This document shows positions 21,113-30,028 of a DNA stretch of 45,423 nucleotides, in pieces; the first letter of the stretch is position 1; each line of letters begins with the position of its first letter. Position numbers and translations under genes: made by a program. Origin of the DNA: a virus; IMG/VR virus record IMGVR_UViG_3300033273_000525, positions 1 through 45,423 of that record; one strand, written 5' to 3'. The notes under the pieces were generated by a model, which saw only the letters and a list, made by a program, of their open reading frames with translations, was not told the origin of the DNA and did not search any database.

Positions 21113-23794
21113 TCAATATGTGCCGTCATCCAGCTGGCTGGTTAGTGCAACCGTTCCAGTCAAGTCAGGCAGTGTGATTGTGCGCGCAGCGGTAAGCGTT
21201 GCAGTGTCGATTGTCGCGTTGAAACTGGTGTCTTGGACAACCAGACTTCCGGTCGTTCCAATGTTTAGGGGGCCGGTAATCGTGCCGCCAGTAAGTGGCA
21301 ATGCTGCATCGGCCACATCCTTGGTGACTTTTACAGCGTTGGCCGTTGCGGCCAGAGTTGTGGAGGTTGATGTGGTGCTGTCGCTTAGCTGAACAACACC
21401 TGCGGCTGATGTTGAGGCCGAGACGATTTTGCTGGCTGCGATTGCAGCAGAGCCGCTGATGTCAGCATCGACGATTGAACCAGCGGTAATCGACGTTACG
21501 CCGGCATTGGTGACGCTGATGTCACCAGTGATTGCTACTGCGGTTGCAACGTTAGTACCACTGCCGATCAGCAGGTGAGCATCAGTCAGTGCCGCTAGTT
21601 TTGAAAAAGCAATCCCGGCGCTAGCACTAACGTCGTCATTAGTGATTGTGCCGTCAGCAATCATCGTGCTGGTGACGGTGCCGGTGTCGCCGCTAGTGAT
21701 GATCGTTCCATCCGCATCGGGGAACGTCAGAGTGCGGTCAGCAGTTGGGTCGGCTACCGCGAGCGTTGTTTCAAATTCATCAGGTGTCGGACCTTCAAAA
21801 ACCAATGAACCGGTATTACCGATTTCAAGTTTTCCGGTAAGGGTGTTGTCGCCTGCTATAGAAACCTTTTCAGTGTCTAACTCTTGAATAGCTGTTTGAA
21901 CATTTGTTGATGCAATATCACCAAACGGCGTGAAGCTGATGTTTGTTGCTTGCTGCGATGCGATAAAGCTCGAAACATCCAGCAGTTCCCAATCTGTTCC
22001 GTTGGACAGCAAAATGTCCGGCGGGTTTAGAGGTTGGTTAGGTGCATATCCGGAACCATCGCCCTGCTCGCTAACGACAACGTAGTACTGACTGTTGGTT
22101 TGTGATGCTTGAGGTAACGGCGATCCGGCAGTCAAACCAATGGCTTGGCCTGCAGTCGTTACTGATGCAACTTCGTTTGCTCCCGTAGTGGCGTCATACG
22201 TTCCAGCAAAAACGATTTCACCGCTGGTGATTGTGACAGGCTGCCAAGCGTTGCCGTCCCAGAGGTAAAGATCTCGGTTAACTGCGTCGAAGAAAAACTC
22301 GCCCTTGAAATACGCTGTGGGGAAGGTGACAACACCGCCTGTGTTGCCTGAACCAGCAAAAGTAACCGTTGAGGAGTCAGCAAGTTTTTGGCCGGTAATT
22401 GTGTCATTTCCGATTCGTGCGGCGTCTAATGTTCCGCTGGTAATTTTTGTAGCACTGAGATCTGGAATGTCTGCTGCAACGAGGTTTAGTCCTGCGGTGA
22501 CGATTCCTCGTGCGTTGACGGTTACTTTTGCGTGAGTTCCGGCGACAACACCGCTATTTGAGATTGAAAGTGCACCAGCACTGTCGACTTCTAAACCACC
22601 AGAAGATGGAGTACTTACACCGCCGATTGCGGATGGGGTGGCTTTTGGCAGGTCACTTGCAGCCAAGCCAGTGGTGCCTGTGATCAGGCCGTTGCCGTCA
22701 AATGTAATACCGTTAGCCGTTCCACCGGTCAGTGTGTTGGTGATGCTGAGGGCACCTGTTCCGCTAACCGTCAGGCCAGAGTCGGCAGCTGCACTAACGG
22801 CACCGATGGTGGTTGTGGTTGCCACCGGCATGTCACTTGCAGTCAGTGCTGAAGTGCCGGTGACGTGGCCTTGGGCATCAAATGTAATACCGTTAGACGT
22901 TCCAGGGGTGACGGCGTTGGTGTGGCCGATGTCACCGGTGGTTTTGTCTAGGCCACGATCCAGGGATGTTGCTGGGATTTTTGCGGCGGTGACGGTGTCG
23001 TTACTGAGCTTTGCGCCGTCAATACCGGTGCTGAGTTTGGCGTCGGTGACTGCCGCGTCAATGATGGAGCTTGTGTTAACTGAGATGTCGGCCAGCTCAC
23101 TTGCACCAACGGCGTTTGCCGCAATTTGAAGCGAAGTAATGCTGTCGCTTTCTAGTTTTGCGGCCGGAATCGAAGCGTCCGCAAAGTTGGTTTTTGCGTA
23201 AGTAACAGCTCCATTGGCAATCTCAGTTGTTCCAATGGCGCTGGCTGTGATTGTGGTGGCAAAAATGCCGGTGCCGCTACCTGTAACCGGACCAGTCAGA
23301 ACAATGGTTTGGTCGCCAGTGTTAGTGCCGGAACTTGTGCCGCTAAAAGTGCCGTCTTGAGTGGCAAGCGTTCCGAGGCCGAGGGTGACTCGTTGCGCTG
23401 CTGCATCAATATCGTCAAGCAGTGCGCGACCTGCTGCGGTGCAGGGGATTTCTTCTACATCGCCGCTACCTGCACTAGAACGTCCCAGCAGGATGTCGGT
23501 GCTTACGTTTTGAAGTTTTTCAAGAGTGATCGCATCGGCAGCGATTTTTAGTGTCGTTACTGATAAATCAGCGAGTTCAGCTGTTCCAACACTGCCAGCG
23601 CCAATAGCGCTGCCTGAAATTTTTGCCGCTGGAATAGTGGCATCGTCGACAAGATCAAAACCGCCTTCAAGAAAATCTTTGACGGTAATCTTTTTTGTTT
23701 CTGCTGCTGATAAGTCAGCAACGGCCACTGGATCAGTGCCCTGCAGCGAGGTTCCAGCCAGTGCAGGCAGATTAGAAATCTCAAGATTTGGCAA
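21113..23794 (-). CDS. Long tail fibre protein (893 aa)
   Basis: TTG start. Many short periodic motifs of the type (I/V)T.AK(I/L)...A(I/V). Ala/Thr/Gly-rich. Confidence 0.85.
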   Translation of the reverse strand: MPNLEISNLPALAGTSLQGTDPVAVADLSAAETKKITVKDFLEGGFDLVDDATIPAAKISGSAIGAGSVGTAELADLSVTTLKIAADAITLEKLQNVSTDILLGRSSAGSGDVEEIPCTAAGRALLDDIDAAAQRVTLGLGTLATQDGTFSGTSSGTNTGDQTIVLTGPVTGSGTGIFATTITASAIGTTEIANGAVTYAKTNFADASIPAAKLESDSITSLQIAANAVGASELADISVNTSSIIDAAVTDAKLSTGIDGAKLSNDTVTAAKIPATSLDRGLDKTTGDIGHTNAVTPGTSNGITFDAQGHVTGTSALTASDMPVATTTTIGAVSAAADSGLTVSGTGALSITNTLTGGTANGITFDGNGLITGTTGLAASDLPKATPSAIGGVSTPSSGGLEVDSAGALSISNSGVVAGTHAKVTVNARGIVTAGLNLVAADIPDLSATKITSGTLDAARIGNDTITGQKLADSSTVTFAGSGNTGGVVTFPTAYFKGEFFFDAVNRDLYLWDGNAWQPVTITSGEIVFAGTYDATTGANEVASVTTAGQAIGLTAGSPLPQASQTNSQYYVVVSEQGDGSGYAPNQPLNPPDILLSNGTDWELLDVSSFIASQQATNISFTPFGDIASTNVQTAIQELDTEKVSIAGDNTLTGKLEIGNTGSLVFEGPTPDEFETTLAVADPTADRTLTFPDADGTIITSGDTGTVTSTMIADGTITNDDVSASAGIAFSKLAALTDAHLLIGSGTNVATAVAITGDISVTNAGVTSITAGSIVDADISGSAAIAASKIVSASTSAAGVVQLSDSTTSTSTTLAATANAVKVTKDVADAALPLTGGTITGPLNIGTTGSLVVQDTSFNATIDTATLTAARTITLPDLTGTVALTSQLDDGTY

Positions 23795-23834
23795 GGTTTT
23801 GCCCCCTCAAGCTGTAGAGCTGTATAGGTGTATT

Positions 23835-24695
23835 CTAATCTTCCAAAAGTAGGCGGCTTCCGTCCTCTTGTAGCAGATAATAACCGTCCTCTTGTAATAA
23901 GTAAGCAGGCGGTTTGCCTTGCTTCAGCACAATTTGCTCAGAGGTGACGAAGTCAACTCGCGTTTCAATGGCGCGGTCGTTTGATACCGAAACAGCGACG
24001 TTGGTGATAATGCACTTGGTTTCGTACCAGACGCTTTCCGGCTGTTCTGGTGTTCCAGCAAAGATGAAAAAGCGGCCGTGGAAATCTGCGCCTTGCTGCA
24101 CACGAACCACTAGACGTGCCAGGTAAGAGGGGAATTCTGCAGTAGTTGCGCCGTAACCGCTGCCGGCGATTGAGCCGTTACTTTCCCACAGGCAGTTAAG
24201 GGTTCCTTGGCCGGAAATCAAACCTTTTTCGTACTGGTTGCGGAACTCGTTGCCGAGGGCAGTGAGGTCTACGGTGTCGCGGCTGGTGGTTATTTCAAAG
24301 TCGCGAATACGCGCCATGAACCGGTAGCGATCGTTTTTGGTTTGGAGTGTGATGTTTTGGGGGTCGCTTGGCGCAAGTAATTGCACAGCATCGCTTTGCT
24401 GACCAGACAGCGAAGCTTCAAACCTTTCAAATAGTCGAATGCCGCCTGCGTCATCAATGTGGATATACCACGTTCCATCCGGATAACTGTGGTCGACTAC
24501 CAGCTCCAGGTCTGAACCGTCAGTAGTGGCGATTTCTACGCGATCACCTGTGACTAAAGATGAAATACCAAAGTCTATGGAAAACCGTCGCCTTGATACG
24601 TTGACATCACTGGGGTCCAGTGTTGTCGCGATCGGAGAGTCTGTTGAGTCACGATCTAACTCAACGGAACCCGTGTATCCAAGGTAAACCGACAT
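23835..24695 (-). CDS. Tail-tube-fold paralogue with an insertion (286 aa); distal tail/baseplate candidate
   Basis: FEITTSRDTVDLTALGNEF...GLISGQGTLNCLW parallels WSFEITRDEIDVTTIGKTP...FADGSGSATVYF in the major tail protein. Confidence 0.7.
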   Translation of the reverse strand: MSVYLGYTGSVELDRDSTDSPIATTLDPSDVNVSRRRFSIDFGISSLVTGDRVEIATTDGSDLELVVDHSYPDGTWYIHIDDAGGIRLFERFEASLSGQQSDAVQLLAPSDPQNITLQTKNDRYRFMARIRDFEITTSRDTVDLTALGNEFRNQYEKGLISGQGTLNCLWESNGSIAGSGYGATTAEFPSYLARLVVRVQQGADFHGRFFIFAGTPEQPESVWYETKCIITNVAVSVSNDRAIETRVDFVTSEQIVLKQGKPPAYLLQEDGYYLLQEDGSRLLLED

Positions 24696-25132
24696 CAGGG
24701 AAGTGCGTTTTGCTTAGCTTGTCCGCTAACTTCAAATGTCACGTCCACAGACATAACTTCGCCGACTGCCATGCTCATGCTGACGCCTGTAATCCAAGCA
24801 TAAACTTCGATAAATTTGTTGGCGTCTGCGTGGAGCTTAAAAGTAACGCTCGCTGATTGATCTGCTACTCCATCGTCAATGCCCGAGGCACCGGCTTTAA
24901 TAATGTTCTCGATAAATGCACTGGCGTCTGACGTTCCAGCGCCGCCGGTGTAGTAGAAGACGCGGCAGCTTCCGCTCATGCTGCGAACACCGTTAATCAG
25001 TGTTCGATCGGTATCTTCCAGGCTGGTTGTTTCCAGCACAGCTTGTGACGCACTCAGCGACCAATTTTGGACTTTGCCAATTTTGGTAGTCCCTAGGTAT
25101 AGCTGACCGTCAAGACCGCTGTAAAACGCCAT
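24695..25132 (-). CDS. Tail-tube-fold paralogue (145 aa)
   Basis: NWSLSASQAVLETTSLEDTD...RSMSGSCRVFY parallels the motif seen in the major tail protein. The stop/start codons share a base with the next gene. Confidence 0.7.
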   Translation of the reverse strand: MAFYSGLDGQLYLGTTKIGKVQNWSLSASQAVLETTSLEDTDRTLINGVRSMSGSCRVFYYTGGAGTSDASAFIENIIKAGASGIDDGVADQSASVTFKLHADANKFIEVYAWITGVSMSMAVGEVMSVDVTFEVSGQAKQNALP

Positions 25133-25159
25133 GATGCGTCACTTTACGTTAATCGTATT

Positions 25160-25570
25160 CTAGACCCCTTCTAAATAGCCGATAAATGTACACGTAACCG
25201 TGCTCACGCCGGGATATACGCTCTGCACGCTTGGAGGATTTGAGTAGCGCCACTTGGTTGCAGTTCCCTGTTGGCTCATTTCTTGCGCTAGGCCCGTACT
25301 TGTTACACCAGCCATCGGACCAGACGTGTTGCTGATAATGAAAGTGGCGTTGGTGTAATTCCCATTGACCGACGCGTAGTGCTGCACAATTTGTAGTGCT
25401 TCAGCGTCACTGATGTTTCTGAAGGTCAGCTGTAGGCGGTGGCCGACTTGGTTTGCACCAAAGCGGACAATCGACCTCGCTCCATTCAGTGCTAGAAACT
25501 CGGTCTCTGGGTATTCGCCTGGGGAATAGGACCGGCTGCTGGGAGTAATGCTTGGGAATGCCGCTGCCAT
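25160..25570 (-). CDS. Hypothetical tail-associated protein (136 aa)
   Basis: Clean ORF. Its start abuts the stop of the J-like gene. Confidence 0.75.
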   Translation of the reverse strand: MAAAFPSITPSSRSYSPGEYPETEFLALNGARSIVRFGANQVGHRLQLTFRNISDAEALQIVQHYASVNGNYTNATFIISNTSGPMAGVTSTGLAQEMSQQGTATKWRYSNPPSVQSVYPGVSTVTCTFIGYLEGV

Positions 25571-28500
25571 CAGCCTGTTTCCTCTACGAAATCACCTGTA
25601 CCCCAATCTAAAACTGCTAACGAACCTGAGCTTGTGCGTGGTACGTAGCTTCCGGCTACTTCGATAAGACCGTCTTCGCCGTAAGTGATGCTTTCGGCTT
25701 TATACGTACGGCGCACTGGATTGGATTGCGGATCTCGTGTAAACACAGAGCCGTAAACAGAAGAATTGTTTGTTTTTCCATTGGTAACGGAAATCGTCGC
25801 TGTGCCTAAAGCGTTCGATCCAGGCTTCCAGTAAACGATGTCTAGGCTGCCGTTTTCAATGTCGACGCCGTTGATGTAGCCGTCTGAGTCGATAGAACCG
25901 TTTCTCAGGCGTTCACCCGAATCCGTTCCAGTCGTTGGGTGGGAAACGGTGGTGACGAGATCGAAGTAGTCACCTGGTTCGAGGGTCAATGCGGACTGTG
26001 GTGTGGTCTCAAATTTCACGCCGTGATCCACCAGAGTTCTGGTTTTCAAGGCGTACTTGGCAAACTTCTCTGCGTGCTCTTGGCTCGTGCAGAACTGAGA
26101 CATATCAAAAGTCTCTTCGGGGTCAGTTTCACTGCCACCCGCGCTACCTGAAAGTCGTACCACCAGAACGCGTTTATCGGGGAAACCGTCAAGCTCGTCT
26201 CTTCGCCAGATGCACACCGCTTTGAACGGTTGACGCTCTTCCGGTGACAGGAAGCTTGTTTGCAGACCTCTAATGTTTCCGTCGGTGAACAGAGTTTTGA
26301 TGTCGCCGCCTATGTCTTTTGTGTAGTCAATTTCGCCGCTGGTCTTGAATGGAACGTCAGGATAAAGGCTAAATTTGCCGCCTTTAACAATGAAGCTCAA
26401 CATGCAGAAGGCTGACTGTTCAAAAATCCATTGACGAATGTTCAAGCGTTCTGCAATAACGCCGTCCCAGTAGAAGTTGTTTGCGGTGCAGAACTTGGCG
26501 GCTTTAGCCATGCTTGCCGTGTCGACTTGCTCTGCAGGTACGAACGCACCAGCGCCGTACTGTGTGCTTGTAAGTAGGTCGTATGCGATGTCGGGGACTG
26601 TTGTTATTGGCCCGGAAGTTCCGTCGGCTCTCTCGCCTACAATCCCCTCGCGGAAAAATGCAGAAACTTGGCTAAAGGTTGACCACTCTTTGCCGCTTGC
26701 AAGACGAAGCCCTGCGTGAGCTAAGTTTTCATATTGAGGCTCATTCACAGATGTAACAATTTCGTTTAAATTAACAATTTCGTGTTCGGGTTGCTGGAGC
26801 GCTGATGTGTCTTCTGCGTCGTAAACGACGTAATCTTGAATAGCATCATTTAATCGCAAGTTGTCTTGAGAAACGTCTTTGTTGACAAAGATTTGAACGC
26901 TTACAGGATTGGCTTGAGTGAATGTAAGGTTAATAGTTTCACCGTCTCGATAACCCGTACCAGGATCTTTAATTGACCAGTGTGATGCGCCGTCAGGCCA
27001 CTGGAATGTAAACAGTTCTAGACCAGTCCCGCTGCCTCCAGTAATGTTGCCTCCGGCTACGCTAATCACCTCTTCTAAACTTGGTTCTTCTTGGAGAGTA
27101 CGTCTTTCTCTAATAATTGATTTGAGGTTTGGTGATCCACTAACGGTTTGAGTGCCGATTGTGTACCTGTAATCACCGTTAAAGACTACGTTGTTGTCTG
27201 AATTGCCTACAAGCTCGCCTTCCCAATAAAAGTTGTTGTCTGTACCAAAAACAGATGATACATAGTAACCATTAGGTATATCAAGTCGCTCTTCTAGATC
27301 AACATAGGTAATGTCTAAATTCGGCAAAAGGCCGTCGTCACCTACGCCCTCCGTAGCGCTAAAACTGAGTACGCCGCCTGTTTCAACAATGTTGGGTGGA
27401 AGTCCCAGGACCCACTCAAGGTTGCTGGATAGAACTTGGTTTAATGTTATTGGGCGGCCAATTACCTCAACTTTTATTTGACTGCCGTCAGGTAAATTGC
27501 TGCCGGAAATTACTGTTTTCTTGTTGATATCTGAAACGGCATCCAGCAAGTAAGCTTCGATTCCTGTAGTGTTGAAGTTAAGCTCTAAGGTTGCGCCGGA
27601 AGCTGGGTAGAGGCGAAACTCGAATTCGCCGTAAGGATGTTCGACGCTAATTGTGTTGTATTGCGGCTCCGGCGTACGTCCCAAAACACAGAGCCACGCG
27701 GGGTACTGCCCATTGGTATTTAGGATTTGGGTAAATTTATCAGTCGTACCAGCACGCCTGACTCCTAGGGAAAATACACTTATGCGCTTGTTGAAAAGCT
27801 GCATAGAGCCCAGCGAAAACTGGGTTCCGTCTTTTTGAAAGTCTTGAATTACGTCGTCGTCTACTCGGCTGTTGACATTCGCAAAGCCGTTAATTCGTCG
27901 GTAAACGGTTGATTTAAGAAGAATGTCGGTGCGCTGGCATTGCCTGTTATTACTGACGGTGCCGATTGCTGCGCGTTGGACTGTAGTTCTCGCACCAGGT
28001 TCATCCGTGCCTTCAATAGGCCCACACATAACATTGCCGCCAGGTTCGACAACTCGGAAGTATGCCCTCACAGGATTTGGGGATTCGGGATACCACGGTG
28101 AGTTGTCTTTTTGGTAGCAAACGCAAAGTGCATCGCCGATCATGTAACTATCGCCAACCGCTAAAGCTGCATCGACGTCATAACGTGTTCGGTCTTGCGC
28201 TTGAATAATATCTTGCGCTCCGTTGGATTCAAAAGTGTCGCCGGCGTATTTATTCGTTCCAATCACATACGTGATGATGTCTCCTTTTTGCACAACCCTT
28301 GGATTTGGGTCAACTACGCCATTTACTTTTTCGACGTGGCAATAACGGGGAAATTCCGCTGCAATCTTTCTGGCTTTTGCTCTGACTTCGTTTTTTGAGT
28401 CGCTGCTTGCATCGTCGTAAACAAGAGTTACTTGGTACGGAACTTTGTACCGCATACCGTTAGGCAGCGGTGAATAAAGGCCGAATTGCGCTTGTGTTGC

Positions 28501-29298
28501 AGGTGTTCGTGCGCCACTAAACCAAGGATTCATGCCACCAGAGAAATCTTTAACTTCAAATGGCTCTTCCGCTCCAGGGAGGCCTGGCATCAGGCTTTCG
28601 CTATATCTGTTTTGCGTTTTGTCTATCCGGCCGCCGTCTTGTCGGTAAAACAGTTCAATTTTTCCTTTGTTGTAGTTATTAAGCAGTGATTCGCCGATTG
28701 CGTAACTTGCAAACGTAGGTGCGCTTCCCTCAAGAAAGCCCGTTTTGCCGTGGCCGAAAAGAAGCAGAGCACGCAGTTCTTGGTATCGGCCTTTGCTGAG
28801 CATGTGACTCCACAGCAAAGTGGAATTGACACGCGCTCCACCACCGACGTACTGAGTCTGGTTAAACCTTGCTTGGCAGTAAATCAGCGGGATAATGTCG
28901 CCTAAATTTGCAAGGTTCTGCAGTGAGTCAAAACCTGCGGTTGGTAGGTACTTATCTCTGCCGTTGAGGTCAGGTGTCCTGATAGAGCCAGGTGCTTTGG
29001 ATTGCCCAGGGACTGAAGGCCTAAGTAGGAGACTTAGCGCCGTGGACGCCAAGCCAATAACTAGAGAAATAATTGCAACAGTTAGACCACCGTCTGCGGC
29101 TCTTATATCTGGAATAAGTTCGTATTCTTTGCCGCGCTTTTTTGACTCATGAAGTAGGTCAACAAATGTCCAGTAATCATCTGCTGTGATGCCTAGCGCT
29201 TCACAAAGCTGGACTTCTGACGGGAGTAGTACACTTCGACGACCTCCAGGAGTCCGATGGGACTCCATTTCACCGCCGACTCGACGTAGCTCAGCCAT
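25570..29298 (-). CDS. Host-specificity / central tail fibre protein (lambda J / GTA g15-like)
   Basis: 1242 aa, and the largest gene after the tape measure and the small tail genes. Hydrophobic segment near the N-terminus. The start (29298 or 29268) overlaps the upstream gene. Confidence 0.8.
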   Translation of the reverse strand: MAELRRVGGEMESHRTPGGRRSVLLPSEVQLCEALGITADDYWTFVDLLHESKKRGKEYELIPDIRAADGGLTVAIISLVIGLASTALSLLLRPSVPGQSKAPGSIRTPDLNGRDKYLPTAGFDSLQNLANLGDIIPLIYCQARFNQTQYVGGGARVNSTLLWSHMLSKGRYQELRALLLFGHGKTGFLEGSAPTFASYAIGESLLNNYNKGKIELFYRQDGGRIDKTQNRYSESLMPGLPGAEEPFEVKDFSGGMNPWFSGARTPATQAQFGLYSPLPNGMRYKVPYQVTLVYDDASSDSKNEVRAKARKIAAEFPRYCHVEKVNGVVDPNPRVVQKGDIITYVIGTNKYAGDTFESNGAQDIIQAQDRTRYDVDAALAVGDSYMIGDALCVCYQKDNSPWYPESPNPVRAYFRVVEPGGNVMCGPIEGTDEPGARTTVQRAAIGTVSNNRQCQRTDILLKSTVYRRINGFANVNSRVDDDVIQDFQKDGTQFSLGSMQLFNKRISVFSLGVRRAGTTDKFTQILNTNGQYPAWLCVLGRTPEPQYNTISVEHPYGEFEFRLYPASGATLELNFNTTGIEAYLLDAVSDINKKTVISGSNLPDGSQIKVEVIGRPITLNQVLSSNLEWVLGLPPNIVETGGVLSFSATEGVGDDGLLPNLDITYVDLEERLDIPNGYYVSSVFGTDNNFYWEGELVGNSDNNVVFNGDYRYTIGTQTVSGSPNLKSIIRERRTLQEEPSLEEVISVAGGNITGGSGTGLELFTFQWPDGASHWSIKDPGTGYRDGETINLTFTQANPVSVQIFVNKDVSQDNLRLNDAIQDYVVYDAEDTSALQQPEHEIVNLNEIVTSVNEPQYENLAHAGLRLASGKEWSTFSQVSAFFREGIVGERADGTSGPITTVPDIAYDLLTSTQYGAGAFVPAEQVDTASMAKAAKFCTANNFYWDGVIAERLNIRQWIFEQSAFCMLSFIVKGGKFSLYPDVPFKTSGEIDYTKDIGGDIKTLFTDGNIRGLQTSFLSPEERQPFKAVCIWRRDELDGFPDKRVLVVRLSGSAGGSETDPEETFDMSQFCTSQEHAEKFAKYALKTRTLVDHGVKFETTPQSALTLEPGDYFDLVTTVSHPTTGTDSGERLRNGSIDSDGYINGVDIENGSLDIVYWKPGSNALGTATISVTNGKTNNSSVYGSVFTRDPQSNPVRRTYKAESITYGEDGLIEVAGSYVPRTSSGSLAVLDWGTGDFVEETG

Positions 29299-29591
29299 CC
29301 GCCTTCGAAGTAAACCGCCATGGCATAGCTCCCATCAGCAGCTTTGCATAGCGCAACTGAACCGATTGTAGGCGTGTCTATAACATCACCCCATTTGTGT
29401 AGCTCCTCCTTGAATACTGCAGTATCGCCTCGTCGCAACCTTCGGTACCAGTCACGTTTTCTTTTTGGTGTTTCGTAGCCGTACCAGTTCAAAACTTGTA
29501 TTGCCAAACCGATGCAATCAGTTGCACCGTGTTTGTCCCAGGTAGCCCCTAAGCGGTACTTGCCGCCAATAAGTTCATAAGGAGTCTTCAC
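29193..29591 (-). CDS. NlpC/P60-like small tail protein (lambda K / GTA g14 position); catalytic His not evident
   Basis: The Cys context GATDCIGLAIQVL resembles the NlpC/P60 nucleophile, but no His appears in the expected ...AMAVYFEGGWLSY region. Confidence 0.6.
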   Translation of the reverse strand: MKTPYELIGGKYRLGATWDKHGATDCIGLAIQVLNWYGYETPKRKRDWYRRLRRGDTAVFKEELHKWGDVIDTPTIGSVALCKAADGSYAMAVYFEGGWLSYVESAVKWSPIGLLEVVEVYYSRQKSSFVKR

Positions 29592-30028
29592 CTACTGCTG
29601 ATTGCTGCAGAAATAGGAAGCTCCCCAACCATGGCCTGAGTCAATACACGCCTAGGTGTTGTCACACCAACAGCGTCGATTGCACTGGAAAGTATGACTT
29701 CGATCGTTTCTGCGTCGTAAGACATTCCAGTAACGATCCAGTTTTCTACGGTGAGTCTTCTGGTGATTGATGTGAACTCGGAGTTCATTACGCATGTTTC
29801 GACCGTGACTGCGGCTTTGTCGGCAACCGCCTGTCGTACAGCGTTCATGCTGATCTGGTTCGCCGATAGGACGATGGCGGCTTCGAGGTTGTCGCCGTTT
29901 CGGTTTTTTGCTGCGCCTTGGTAGTAGAACGACAAGTACCCGTGGCCGTTAATCGAACCACCGATTTTGCCGTTCTGGTACTTGTCGCCTGCGACGTCGA
30001 TGAAGGTCGTTATTGCGGTGAGTGTCAT
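29588..30028 (-). CDS. Minor tail protein (146 aa)
   Basis: Follows the tape measure directly with a 4-nt overlap. Confidence 0.7.
   Translation of the reverse strand: MTLTAITTFIDVAGDKYQNGKIGGSINGHGYLSFYYQGAAKNRNGDNLEAAIVLSANQISMNAVRQAVADKAAVTVETCVMNSEFTSITRRLTVENWIVTGMSYDAETIEVILSSAIDAVGVTTPRRVLTQAMVGELPISAAISSR

Noticed and set aside
14953-23794. Diversity-generating retroelement targeting the fibre genes
   Set aside because: No reverse transcriptase ORF exists anywhere in the genome. I saw no near-identical template/variable repeat pair with adenine-specific differences.
21078-23852. Numerous + strand ORFs inside the 893-aa fibre gene (for example 22638..23129 and 23526..23852)
   Set aside because: They are antisense shadows of a repeat-rich Ala/Thr/Gly gene. 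Their products are Pro/Ser/Val-rich and have no independent start context.
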